Translations under genes and position numbers: made by a program
Notes under the pieces: generated by a model
Seen by the model: the letters and a program-made list of their open reading frames with translations, nothing else
The model's database searches: none
What the model was told of the DNA's origin: nothing
Part shown: positions 12,848 to 27,924 of the stretch, piece after piece
Position numbering within the stretch: position 1 is the stretch's first letter
Layout: each line of letters starts with the position of its first letter
Origin: Eledone cirrhosa
Lineage: Eukaryota
NCBI GenBank assembly: GCA_964016885.1
Contig: OZ024742.1
Span: forward strand, 131,502,001-131,566,000
Length of the DNA stretch: 64,000 bases
Direction of reading: 5' to 3'

Positions 12848-13450
12848 TGGTAGCTGCCAACTCGTTTTCGAGTACGGCCACTACTTTATATACCGATGCG
12901 CTGAACGAGTGTGACTTTTTAGTTCAGCCAGCGACTTGAAAACTCTGGTACAAACACTACACTTGTGACAATTATTGACACATAGTGCTGGGCCCATGGT
13001 ACCATGTGACGACAAGTGCAAAGAGATCTCCAGATATATAGCAAAGCCTGTGCCGTGAAGCTTTTATAGTGAGCAAAGGCACTGCACAAAGCCAGTTCCA
13101 CTCTCTTAACCAAGATGATATTTACCAAAAAGAAGAACAAGTCAACATCATTGGATACCATCAGAGTTGCAGATGGTGCACATGTAATACTTATGTCGGG
13201 TCACCAGTTGGTGCTACTGGTAACATGTATCCCAGTACAACCTGTCTCATGGTCGGGTCGTTGGCGACTAAACTGGCAACCCCACCAAGGTTTCTTGGTG
13301 AGGAGGGTGACTTTGGACATCCTACCGGACTAAAAACAAAACCTGTCAAAGGGAAAAGGAGCTCTTAAGAGTCAATGGCTATCCAAATTCACCGGGAGAG
13401 ATGACCCTTAGCCTTTGAGAAGACAGAATTCTAGAAAGAAAACTCTGATA
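12848..13450 (-). mobile_element. RTE-related non-autonomous element with an inverted 5' half
   Basis: 12848-13180 matches 50690-51035 directly and 13194-13450 matches 51039-51291 inverted; RTE-5'UTR-like ttctagg/aaaactctgata motif. Confidence 0.7.
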
Positions 13451-13505
13451 TATATATATATATACATACATACATACTTACATACATACATATATATATA
13501 TATGT

Positions 13506-13597
<92 letters not shown>

Positions 13598-13999
13598 TGT
13601 GAATGGTTCCATAAAACGGATAAAGGAAAAAGAGCGCTCTATATTATTATCAGAGCTTAAATATTATTAATGTCTGCTCTAAGGAACTGCTTATTACCTT
13701 AGGTTTGGAACTATGCTTTTGTATTAACCACAGCGTTTCATTATGGTCAAACTGTAAACTACAGGGTTTGAAATCCTCATAATAAATGCTTGAACACTAA
13801 GTATGAGATATATATGTATTGCATACTCCTAAAATTCTGTCTTTTATCACGATTGAAAAATACATAGAGACATCGAACATCAATTCGCAGCCAATATGTA
13901 CCTACCTTAATCCACTATGTTGGGATCATCACTCCACGCACATCACTTTACATATAAAAGAGAACCTAATTTAAAAAATATATATATATATATATCGAC

Positions 14000-14645
14000 A
14001 GTAGCACTAAGATAGCGTGGTGCATAATAAGGGTGTAAAATCACACTATAAAAGAAAAAATGTTTTTTCGTTATGAACAAATATTTTTCTTTTCTTCTAT
14101 GAACACGTCAGAGCTTTCAAAGTAGTCGCTGAAAATGCCAGACAGTTGTTTCAAGATTCCTTAATCTGTCATGAGTGAAATTCCCTCAACCGTATTGAGA
14201 GGAAAATATATTTGGGCCTATATAGATTTTGTTTATTGAACATTTGCAGGAGATACACATTTGCATATTACATATAAAAAAATCCAGAGGTAAAGCTGAT
14301 TTGCATATAGTGTGAACTTGGCTGGTTATAAAGAATTGGTAGTAAGACTAAGATAGCGTTGTGCATAATAGAGTTGTATATAAACCATATATTATATGAT
14401 TATTTACATCAAACACACGAGAGACTCGTTATCAAAGAAAATATATGGAAGAATATATATATTGTCGTTAAGAAATATTTTTTCTTGTATTCTGTGAACA
14501 CGTCACATATGTCTCAATAGTCGTTGAGAATAGTCATAGAGTGTTTCAAGGTTCGGTAATCTCTCATCATAACATTCACTCAACTGGTACCAAGAGGAAA
14601 CATGGCTTGTATAGATTTGGCATGTTCAACATTTGCTGGAGATAG
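14000..14645 (-). mobile_element. Old diverged tandem duplicate with degenerate HHR cores (PLE-like)
   Basis: 14000-14255 resembles 14341-14644; minus strand reads CTCATGA..GAAAC and ATGATGA..GAAAC, each with a stem II. Confidence 0.45.
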
Positions 14646-14834
14646 GATAGGAAGAACGATGGTCAAGCTTAAACTGCTCTGATTGCAAGATGGGATGTTA
14701 CTTTGTGGATAGTATTATAGATAGCTGATAATATCTAAATGCCTACGCCATACTTCCCTTACGCACGGACTACGGTGTAGGAGGTGTACTTACACCACAT
14801 CACTCTCCTTAGACTTCTGTGTATATATGTATAA

Positions 14835-14923
<89 letters not shown>

Positions 14924-15052
14924 TATATATATGCTTATACATATATACATATATATATATGTATATATATATATATTTAGGTATTTTAGGTATATACCGA
15001 ATGTGTAACCGCAATATATCAGATACCAATCGAATTGTATGTATGTATAATA

Positions 15053-15524
15053 TCTATATATATAAAACTGAGGATGTCTGTCTGTATGTGTGTGAGTTTG
15101 AATCCCTAAAACTAGAGTACCACCAAACCGACTGTTTTCAAACTTTACACATGTAATACTTATGTTTCAGGGAGTGTTCTGAGCAAAAGAGATTTCAAAT
15201 TTTCAATGCCCTAGGGACCGCATTAGTCTTTCTCTTTTTAGATAGATACTTACATATAACGTCGCGCCCTTATAATATATGTCTGTATGTCTGGCTGTCT
15301 GCTGCCTCCGGTTATTCAGCCACCCTTGCTCAAGACAAATCTCACAATCATTCCCCAAACAGTTGGCAAGTGCACACACTTCTTCCTCACGTTTTAAACC
15401 ACAGTGTTGCTTACTTACGTACCATCAGACCCTTACTCCTTTGCCAGCCGTGGTTGTGGCAATACTAAGCTTAGCTAAGGCGGTTATATATTTTACAATA
15501 CCTTATCCCTGGTACCACTGCTAG
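15053..15524 (+). mobile_element. Non-autonomous Helitron
   Basis: 5' TC-TATATATATAAAA, 3' ggtaccactgCTAG, inserted between A and T; shares motifs with 26710-27566. Confidence 0.65.
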
Positions 15525-15649
15525 TATATATATATAATGCAGGTGAGGAAAGTTGCTTGATCAAATATTCCACCGAGGCGTAAAGCACTCTACATCTTGT
15601 GTTCTTTAAAGTATTATCAATAATGTATCAAACTGAGTGTCAATATTAT

Positions 15650-15810
15650 ACAGAAGAGAGACGGTTTGGAATGTACATACTCTGTTTAATATATAACTTT
15701 GTTATACATATTTCGAAGACGTCAAAATGATGGAAATGCGTATAACAGGTTATATATTAAACATAGGATGTACGTTTAGAGGGCATCCATTTGAAAGAGT
15801 CTCTCTTCTT
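15650..15810. repeat. Imperfect inverted repeat
   Basis: tgtttaatatataactttgttatac pairs with gtataacaggttatatattaaaca; outer agaagagagac / gtctctcttct. Confidence 0.5.
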
Positions 15811-15845
15811 TATAATATATATATATATATATATATATTTTAACA

Positions 15846-17790
<1,945 letters not shown>

Positions 17791-18119
17791 TTCAGGGAAG
17801 AAAAAAAGAATAACACAGCAATACCCCTACTAATACTAAGAACACTGTACATGATGGTGTGGACAGCACGGATAACACCGGCTGAGAGTCAAAATGGAAA
17901 GCAAATTAACCGATAAGAATAGGAAGAATGTTTTCTAATGTAAAAATGTGAAGGCAACGCCAAAGAAAACGTTGAGTTGCTGAATGAAAGAGTGGAACAA
18001 AGAGATGAAGTTCGGATACGTGAGTTAACTGTTGAATTAGTTTTTATATTCTAGTTTCTTTGGATTTAATTATCTCTATAGCCTTTATATACCACCTCCT
18101 CATACAATACATCCTTTGG

Positions 18120-20210
18120 GATACTATTGCTGGTGGTGGTGCTGGTGTTTTTGTTGTTATTTTTTGGATGGTGGCGTTGTCGTTATTAGTGGTGGATATG
18201 GTGGTGTGACTGCTTGTGTGTTTTTGTTGTTGTTGTTGTTGTTGTTGTTGTTCGAGGTGATGGTGGTAGTGGTAGTGGTTTTCTTAGCGCTAATGATATT
18301 AATGATGGTATTGATGCTGGTAGTGTTGTATTTGTATAACTGTCGTTGTCGTAGGCGGTGTTGTTGCTTTCTTTTCTGTTGTTGATTGTGTTGCTAGTGT
18401 TCGAGATATTGGCGGTGTTGCTGCTGCTATTTCTGTTGTTGCTGTTGTTAATATTATGTTTTGTAGGCGGTGATGTCGCTCTTCCTGGCGGTGGGGTGGG
18501 TATGCTTTGGTAATTTTAGTGTAGGTGGCTATGATTGATTCTATGTTGTAGCTGCTGCTCTTGGCGATGGTGGATTGGTTAGTATTCATGTATTTGTGGT
18601 GTTGGTGATGGTGCCTAAGCTGTCGTTGCTGTTGTTGTTGCTGGTTGTTATAGTTATCTTTTGTATCTGGTATGGTCTCGCTGTTGGTGTTCTGAACAGT
18701 GGTAATGCATTGGTGGAGTTTGTGTAGGTGGTTGGTATTGTTTTGTAGCTGTTGCTGGTATTATGGTGGCTTTGTTAGTGTTCGTAGTATTGGTGGGTTT
18801 GCTGTTGTTTTTGTTGTTGATCTTGCTGGATTTCCTTGGTAAGATTTGTAGCTGTTGTTGTCGTTGATGGTATTATTGGCATTATTCATAGTGGTGTTGT
18901 TGTTGTTGGTGTTGTTGGCGGGCTGTTTCTGACGGTTGTAGCGCTTTTGTAATTATAATATAAGCAACTGTTATAGTTCTGGCTTGTATCTGTTGCTATC
19001 AGAAATAGTGGTGGTAGTATTGTTGTTCTTGTTGCTGGTGGTGGTGGTGATAGTACTGTTGTTGGTGTTGTTGGTGTTGTTAATGCTGTTCATGCTTGTG
19101 ATGGTAATAGTAGTAGTAAGAGACCTCCTTATTAATGTTGATGGTGTTCATGCTTGTGCTGGCATTGTTAATAGCAATTGGCCTTGATGTTATCTTTGTA
19201 TTCTGAGGTTGTTTATCTTGCTGGAAGTAGTGGCAGTATTATTGTTGGTGATATTGCTATTGCTAGTGTCAGTTATGAGTGCGGTGTATTGGCAATATCG
19301 GTATGCTTTGCAACACAGAGTTGCGTACCTTAATTTTTGGAATTCACAACCCAACGAGGTTAGCTTTGCCTTTCATAATTTCGTAGTCGATAAAAATAAA
19401 ATACTGGTCATGCACTGGCGTCGATTTGATCGACGTTTCCCTCTCAAAAATTTGATGGCCTTGTTCCTAAATCAGAAACCATGTTGTCAGTGGTGGTATT
19501 CCGTTTTGTAGATGTTACTGCTAGTGAGAGTATAGGACTAGTAGGAGAGGTATTGCTGTTAGTTTTGTTGTTGTTGTGGCTTAATGTTAGTTTAGACTTG
19601 ATCAATTGGATCTACAATCAAAGGCGTTTTAGCCATGACACTCCCGTTGTGTTTCTATGTGTATGGGATTCGGTATAACATACCCAATTTGGCCTTTTAA
19701 AAGACACAAGCGAGAAATTTTAGTGAGATTTGATTGCTATTTCTAGCTGTTAGAATAACCATGTAGAAGCCACCTGTTGGGTTATATTGAAGTTGGCGAT
19801 AGCGTGTCATGTTCTTGATGATGATGGTGTTTGTGAGGGTGGTATTGATGGTAGTATTCGCGGATGGTATTATTGCATTTTGTAGTGGTTGCTGTTCGTA
19901 AAAATATTGGTGTTAGTAGTGGTAGTAATATTTTTGGTAGTGTTGGTAGAAGTAGTGGTGGGTTATATCGTGGTTTTTTGTAGTTGTCCTGATATTTTTG
20001 ATGTTAATATTGTTTTTGTTTTTAGTAATGATAATGCTGGTGGTGGTATTGATGGTGGTGTTGTTGATACTGATGTTGATGGTGAGGAATTACTGATGTC
20101 GGTGTTGTTAGTGGTATTTATAGAATTAGCTTTGAGTGTAATGTTTTGTAAATAATAGTGGTATTGACGTTCTTATTAGTGGTGGTGTTGGATGTAGTGT
20201 GGGCTGATAT
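18120..20210. repeat. Degenerate GTT/GGT/GAT trinucleotide low-complexity tract
   Basis: Strong G/T strand skew; interrupted by repeats at 19280-19460 and 19590-19780. Confidence 0.75.
19280..19462 (+). mobile_element. Diverged tRNA-derived SINE
   Basis: gcggtgtattggcaatatcgg head; gaggttagctttgcctttcat..gtcgataaaaataaaatactgg core. Confidence 0.65.
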
Positions 20211-20399
20211 TACTATGTTTCTTATTTGCTGTTCGTTTTCTTTTCTTATTTTCTGCTGTTCCATAGTCGCTGATAAAGAGGTCTGATAGCATGAAGGTAA
20301 GCTGGCTAATGATGAGATGTGAAGCAGAGATGATCTATCTTCACTGCCATGCCTGAGTTTAACCAAAGGCATTGATGTGTATTTCTACATTCAGTATTA

Positions 20400-21130
20400 A
20401 ATTGTATAGTGTGTAGTGTAGCAGATTGAGTATGTAGTTATTTCTGCAAGCATGCATATTTTATGTTTGTCTGGGCTTAGTGGGAGGCGATAGAGTTCTA
20501 ATGATATTATAGGACTGTTCTGCTGTAATATATATGTGTTTGGGTGTTTACAAATGGACGTTCATGTATTATCAATTATTCTGTTTATTGAAACATGTTT
20601 TGGCAATAGATCTGCATAATATTCTTTTGTTGTACATGTTGTCTGGGAGTATAATCTTTATACAGCCCCCTCTGATGCTTAGTCTAGTGTTTTCCGTCCT
20701 TTGCTATATAATGCAGCTTCCCGTGTTGACTTTAATAGCGCTAACATGCATCCAAGAGCAAATAATACAAAGTACCTGTCTACGGTTTGGCGTTACTGCT
20801 AGCACAATGAAGAAAATGTTTTGTGGCTATAGTTCCACCTTTTAGCACTTTGGAAAAACTTGTATATATCTAGCTGACAATAAGATGTCTTTTAAAATAA
20901 CTACAAGGAATGCAATGGGAAATCATCTTAGTATATTCCAAGAAGAATTGTGTGACTAGAAGGCAGGATATTGTCGAAAGAATGTTGTGATTTAGGGGAG
21001 GTTTTTCTGGTAATATGAGTACAATGATTGGTGATACAGATTTATAATGTTGTTGTTTTTGTTATAAATGGTGGAGTTAGAGTAGTTGATATTGTTGCTG
21101 TTGTATTTTTCAGAGTGTTGATAGAGATTG
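20400..21130 (-). mobile_element. Highly decayed LINE reverse-transcriptase remnant
   Basis: Traces in RT order on the minus strand: LDIYKFF, EGAV (PQG-like), YYAD, LPLSPDK. Confidence 0.3.
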
Positions 21131-21474
21131 TCGTGGCCCCTGTCCCGTGCAGAGGTGACCATGTTAATGACAAGGAAGGTGTTGCACCCTAGTTCAACCC
21201 ACATTGAGCAGACGTTTGATCAACGACAATTCAGCCATGAGCATCCTTTTCCTATAACTATGAAAGCCAAAGTGTATTATTCGATGTATCTGTTCGCTTA
21301 TGTGATGGTAAAAGGTCTAGGGCAATAGATGTCACTTAATTATTGAATTGTTATTCGTACGTCCCCTTAGCCCGACCATATGAATCACCACTGCTCTAGG
21401 TGTGTCTTCAGTTACTGGCAACTTGGGAAAATGTGTACATGTAAACAATTGAATATATATATGTATATATATGA

Positions 21475-21655
<181 letters not shown>

Positions 21656-21674
21656 CATATATATATATATATAA

Positions 21675-22420
21675 GTAAAAAACAAAAAAAAACAATCACG
21701 AAAAGTCCAGTACAACCAGTGTTCACGCTTGAGAGTGGGGGGTGAGGGACAACGTTTCGGGTATAATCCCTTCATCAGGAGAAGTGGGAAGAGAAAGAGT
21801 TCCGATGGTGTGAGGGGGAGTGGGGGAAAGACGTAAAGAGGGGGGGGGGGGGTTAAAGGAAAGAAAAAAATTAAAATGAGGGAAAAGGATTAAAATGAAA
21901 ACAAGTGGTGAAAGGGCGTGAGGCGTGTAGAGGTGGTGGTGGGTGGATGGAGAGGGAGAGGGGAGAAGGAAACAAGGGGTCCGAGCGGGGAGGGTGGAAG
22001 ATGGTGTGTGTGTATGTGTGTAGGTGTACGTGTGTGTGTATGTGTGGATGTAAGTGTTACAGTTTGGGGAAGAACGAGGTTCCATGTTCTCGTAATAGGA
22101 AAACTAGCGTGTACATGGGGTGGGGTGTAAGTCAGTGTTTGTGTGCGTGTGGATAGAGAGGGGTCGGAGGGGGGTGGGGAGAGGGGGCGTGCAGAGTCCG
22201 GGGGCCGAGTAGGTGTATGTGAGGATACGCACGCGTGTGTGTGTGTGTGTGTGTGTTTGTGTGGTGTGCATACGTGGAATGTAAGGTTGCGTGTGTGCGA
22301 AAACAGTGTAAGTGTTTGTGTGTGTGGGTTCCTGAATGTTTTCTCGGTGAGTGTGTGACCAGTGGTGTAGAATCCGTGGAATGGTGCGCAGGAAGTAGAA
22401 AATGTGTAAATATATGTATA
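21675..22420 (-). mobile_element. PLE 3' remnant with HHR-like core (21745-21783)
   Basis: Minus strand CTGATGA aggg-attata-ccc GAAA cgtt. Confidence 0.5.
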
Positions 22421-22449
22421 TATATATATAGAAAGATATATATTGTATA

Positions 22450-22498
<49 letters not shown>

Positions 22499-22504
<6 letters not shown>

Positions 22505-22832
22505 GGTATAGAAATTGTTGTAGCGAGAAGCTATCAGTATTCCATAACATATATATGCGACTATGGCGTCAAGATGGGAAAAATAGTTAACGTAATATGT
22601 AGGAAAAATAATTGAAACTCATCTCAAAAGAGAATCAGGATATAAATTCATCCACAGAATTTAGTGAAATCCAGGGAAAAAATCAATAGAGCCTTAACTC
22701 ATGATAAAATAAAGTCTAAAATACTTATCCTTCAATTTGGAAAAACATCAAATGCTCTGTATAGTCTTAAAGTCTATTTCATGAAAACTTTCAGTGGAGA
22801 TGGTCACGGTTGGATTTTAATCGTCAGCAGAT
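22499..22832 (-). mobile_element. Interspersed repeat, copy 1 (PLE-like, HHR-like core)
   Basis: Closely similar to 25119-25437; minus strand CTGACGA..GAAAG; flanked by (TA)n. Confidence 0.6.
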
Positions 22833-24704
22833 ATATATATATATATAATGGCTGACTGAATACATACGTGATTTTCATCGCGCATTTTTTCCCGTTCCTT
22901 CGTATTCTCAACCACAATATTTCTATTTCAACTTTTATATCTCATTCTATATTCTGATGAAGGACGAGTGTCCGAGATGTAACTATTTATTTCTTACAAT
23001 ATGGAGTGTTAAATTGATTTATTTCTTCAGTGAAATGTCGTTTGCTTTGCTATTTCTCTATATATTTTACACACACACGCACGCACACACACACACCCAT
23101 ACACCTCCACCCCCCCACACACACGCACACACAGACACACGCACGCACACACACACATAATGAATGTGTGTGTGTGTCTACATGTGCAGATATTTCTTCT
23201 GTTTCCGCCTATTCTTACACACGTCTATCCTTCTCTTTCTTCTCCTTTTCTATCTGTCGTTATTGTAATACATGAGACAAGATTTACTTCACCTCCACCT
23301 ACGTCATTGTAACTCTACTCACATGTAGAATGCACTGAACAGAGTTTCTTGAGAGAACGATTGACCCAGTCATTGCAGCAGTGATGGGTTTTCTTTGCCG
23401 TGCAACACTCGGCACCAAACCTAGCCAATGCATATTAGAGATCAATTTTGAGTGAATTAAGTAGTACCATTCCATCGGTTTTGATACCAATTCCAATAAT
23501 GCTATAATCAAACTTTTTTTGGCCATGATTATGCTGTCAACATTACTATATGCCAGGATACCAGGCCCATGTGCTGCAACATGACGGTTTTTAAGCCACC
23601 ATCTTGTTCGAAAATATGTGTTGTTGAACACTGTGACAATTCAAACACGTAATAAATTCAACAAGTATAGATGACTTCAGCTGGTTCCTCGATACGAGAA
23701 TCTTGATATTTGTCAGTTAAACACCAAAGAAGATGAAGAAAAAGAAAAAAAAAGGCCTTAAGAAAGGAAGAATAATATTCTAAGCGAGAAAGTGTTAGAG
23801 ACACAGTTAGAAAGAGAGAAAGTGAGCGAAAGAATGAATTATAGAAATACAGATAAAGATATATAAATATACTAAATGTAATAAATAAAATAAAATTTTA
23901 TAAATTAAATCAGAAGAAAAAAGAAATGCCTGCAATAGGAAGATAAATTGAAAAAATTAAATATACAAAGAGAAGTTAAATAAGAAAACAAACAAACACA
24001 ACTAAAATAAAACAAGAATAAAATTAACGAAAGTGAACTAAAATAAATATTTCGTAGTCATGCTATAGCTTGATGATCAGAATTCGCCAGCAACAGAAAA
24101 ATTTTTCTTTGCTGATTCCGAAAATAATAAGAAATGCTTTGACATTTTCAGATGACATCGAACGAGACGAATACGTTAGCAAACAAGATACCAATAAAGG
24201 ATCGAACAAAAAATAAATAGATAAATATTTGACATCGTGTTAAAATAGTAAATAATAATTTTGGAAAAAATATACAGAGAGATTGCATTTAGGTGAAAAA
24301 ATATATAAGGTTTCTTCTAAAACTTTGAAATAATAAGCAAAGACGCAAATATCAGATGTAAAGTTTTAAACAGAAGAATAAATAAATAAACAAATAAACA
24401 ATAAACACAAAAGCAAATAGATAATGAGCAAATGTTTTACACGCACAATATATTCACATATATTTACACAAACACAATATTTCGCACATTCATGCCCTCT
24501 CTCTCATTCACGCGCGCGTGTGAATGAGTGACTTGCGAATGTGAAAGTATTGTATGTATGCCTTGATATGTATAATGAAAATACGAATATTTTGGAATGT
24601 AAATGCGTACGGTTATGTAATATATATATATTTAAACACACACACACACAGACGCTCACTCACACACATGCACACACACACACGCACAGACACATACACA
24701 CACA

Positions 24705-24819
<115 letters not shown>

Positions 24820-25118
24820 GTAGTTGGAATATTTTGTGTCAGTTAATCCGTTATTAGTTATTAGTCAACCGACACTGGTGAACACAACTTGAGCATTCGA
24901 CGTTGTGCAGTCGTAGGTCTGTGGAATTCGAATTTGTATAACACGGAAGTAGAATTCTCCTAATTATATTGATTAAATAACCGCTGACGTACATATTTCG
25001 ATGCTGACAATTATGCAACTGTTACCATCGAAATACATATAACAGTTATTATGTAATCAATTAAATTACGTAAATTTTGACCCATCGGTTTCGACTTCAT
25101 ATATATATATATATATAA

Positions 25119-25520
25119 ATGAAAGGTATAGAAAACACTGCAGCGAAAAGCGAACAGCATTCCATAATATATAAGTGACTATAGCGTCAAAATGGGAAAA
25201 CGTAAGATGTGGGAAAAATAATTTAAACTCATCTCAAAGAGAATCAGGATATAAATTCATCCACAAAAATTAGTTAAATCCAGGGAAAAATCAATAGAGC
25301 CTTAACTCATGATAAAATAAAGTTCAAAATACTTATCCTTCAATTTGGAAAAACTTCAAATGCTCTGTATAGTCTTAAAGACTATTTCATGAAAACTTTC
25401 AGTGGAGATGGTCACGGTTGGCATTCATCATCAGCAGAGCTCAACTCGATAACCAGGATTCTCACAGGTTAATATGCCAAAAGGGAATTCTAAAGCTGGC
25501 CAGTTCAACATCATGCGTGA
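25119..25520 (-). mobile_element. Interspersed repeat, copy 2
   Basis: Same family as 22499-22832; minus strand CTGATGA..GAAAG. Confidence 0.6.
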
Positions 25521-25968
25521 TTATATATATATATATATATATGTATAAATATACATATAGTAATAATAATAAATTTGAAGACTAAAATCCAAAGAGGACT
25601 CGATAAGGATAAATATATATCAAATATATAAGAACCGTAGAGCAAATATTTATTAAAATAACAGATTAAAGTTTAAGCAAAGAATCGCTGCTTTCACCCT
25701 TAACGGGATCTTCTGAAACTAACAAAGTCAATCTGTAAACGCAGTGTATATTTCAAAAAACGTTTCAACCGGAGGAAGACAGGAAGACGATACTTTGGTT
25801 CATGGAAACGTTCGCTGGCGATATATATATATAGTCTTTGATTTTCCCGCTTTTACTTCGGTCCAGTTTACATACGGGTCAATTTTACGACCTTTCAGAC
25901 CTTTATTAGCTGTCAGGAGGTTGTATATTTTGTCGTTCCTGGGACGTTTAGCCCTAGGAAGGGAAAAT

Positions 25969-26051
25969 GCTTCTCTGATGAGCTTTGGTTTTCCATCATA
26001 AATCCATCGGATTTATGAGGTTTTACAAAGCGAAACTGATCAGTAAGGGCC
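25969..26051 (+). ncRNA. Type I hammerhead with an extended stem II
   Basis: ttct CTGATGA gctttg..tcataaatcc-atc-ggatttatga..caaagc GAAA ctgatcag TA aggg. Confidence 0.8.
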
Positions 26052-26453
26052 ACTAGGAGAGGTAAATATTTATATTATATTTTTTAATGTATTTTGAAAA
26101 ATTGATTGAATTTTACTTGTTCTGCTTATCTTAATATTAAAGTTCTGGTGTATCAAATTAACACCATTGAACAACCTTGAATCATAGACAACCTATGTAT
26201 TTCTAGGGGTACCTAGTATCCCTCGACATATTAACTTCTACCTTTTTCTCCGTCCGTTGAGAACAATCCTGTTGCTCTACTTGGCTGCTATTTTTTTAGT
26301 AGTAATTGTAGACAGCAAGTCTTTGATTTTCCCGCTTTTACTTCGGTCCAGTTTACATACGGGTCAATTTTACGACCTTTCAGACCTTTATTAGCTGGCA
26401 GGAGGTTGTATATTTTGTCGTTCCTGGGACGTTTAGCCCTAGGAAGGGAAAAT

Positions 26454-26536
26454 GCTTCTCTGATGAGCTTTGGTTTTCCATCATAAATCCATCGGATTTA
26501 TGAGGTTTTACAAAGCGAAACTGATCAGTAAGGGCC
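26454..26536 (+). ncRNA. Type I hammerhead, second copy
   Basis: Identical to 25969-26051. Confidence 0.8.
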
Positions 26537-26709
26537 ACTAGGAGAGGTAAATATTTATATTATATTTTTTAATGTATTTTGAAAAATTGATTGAATTTTA
26601 CTTGTTCTGCTTATCTTAATATATATATATATATATATATATCTGTATGAATATACATTCAGCGAGAATCGCATTTCGGCGGGTGGAAAAAGCGAAACGA
26701 AACGCAAAA

Positions 26710-26739
26710 TCTATATATATCTGTATATATATAAATTAA

Positions 26740-26794
<55 letters not shown>

Positions 26795-27566
26795 TGTGTG
26801 TGTGTCTGTGTGCCTGTGTATTACCTATAGGGGCCTACATCTTACGACCAATTTTCATGAAACTTTACAGGCTCATAGATTAGTCATCGGGGAGTGTTTT
26901 CTATATATCAGCGTATCGTTTTTTTTATTCCGGGGTTATTCGGCAGATAAAAATCAATAGGGGGGCGGGTCACTTTTTTGGAGGTATCGAAAAATGAGAA
27001 TTTTGGCTCTAGCTCCCACATTTTGCCACCGATTTCGTTCAAATTTTACAGGAAAATAGAGTTTGTCATTCCACATTGTGTAATCTCTTTATATTTTGCA
27101 TTTGTTCCTCAGGGAAGGCGTGGCAGCAGTTTAAATATTCCAAAATACCACTTTTAGACTCAAATTTCCCACATAAATCAGCCTACTTTGTTCAAATTTT
27201 ACACTACGCTAGATCTGATTATTTCACGTCTTAAAGTGGCTTTATATTTTGGATTCTTTTTTCACGAAGGGCGTGGCAGCCGCTTAAATATTCAAAAATA
27301 CCACCTTTTCGCTCAAATTTCCGCCTTTTCGGCTCTACCTCCCACATTTTTCAACCGATTTCGTTCAAATTCGAAACTCCCTCACTCAGCATGCCCCTTC
27401 CTCCGCGACCCACGTTTCTCAGCGATAGAGGTCATAACCACCCTCTGCCGCATGACCTGTGTGTGGCCATAGTTGAGCCATCGAGGAGCAGTCGCTAAGA
27501 TCAACACCTTTTCATCAAAGCAGATATTATTTTACCCACCCAGGCAATGCGGAGTACCGCTGCTAG
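26710..27566 (+). mobile_element. Non-autonomous Helitron with internal ~150-bp subrepeats
   Basis: 5' TCTATATA, internal (TG)n, 3' cccaggcaatgcggagtaccgctgCTAG followed by T; subrepeats at 27010-27170 and 27187-27373. Confidence 0.7.
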
Positions 27567-27688
27567 TATATATATATATATATAAATAATACAAACGCAC
27601 ACGAACACATACACATACATATGCACCTATATACACCCCTTCGCGTACCCACACTCAAACACATTCACACACATACACACATACACAA

Positions 27689-27729
<41 letters not shown>

Positions 27730-27857
27730 ATGTAGGAGGTGAGTTTTATTGTAGTACAATAAAGCAATGCAGATATCGGATAAGAAGCACTCTACAGTTT
27801 GTAGGACTGGAGTATGCATAATATAAGATCAAAAGATGGTTAAAGGAGTTCCATGTA

Positions 27858-27924
27858 TTTTATTATGCGCATTTCAAAAACAAACATCATCATGCAATAA
27901 TATTTGTGTTTTCATCAGATAAAA
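27858..27924 (-). ncRNA. Type I hammerhead motif
   Basis: Reverse complement of the motif at 30036-30102. Confidence 0.75.

Larger units (their letters stand above)
25833..26622 (+). mobile_element. Penelope-like element: tandem pLTRs (485-bp period) around a GIY-YIG C-terminal remnant
   Basis: 25833-26137 is nearly identical to 26318-26622; the spacer begins KFWCIKL-(N)TIEQP; (TA)n on both sides. Confidence 0.8.

Noticed and set aside
12900-12960. Tyrosine-recombinase-like KSHSF motif on the minus strand
   Set aside because: Lacks the catalytic Arg and other recombinase motifs; the element is better explained as a non-coding retroposon
18116-20155. Hydrophobic membrane-protein-like ORFs
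   Set aside because: They arise from GTT/GGT low-complexity sequence
23299-23631. 110-aa minus-strand ORF in unique-looking sequence
   Set aside because: No recognisable motif or splice context; cannot be assigned
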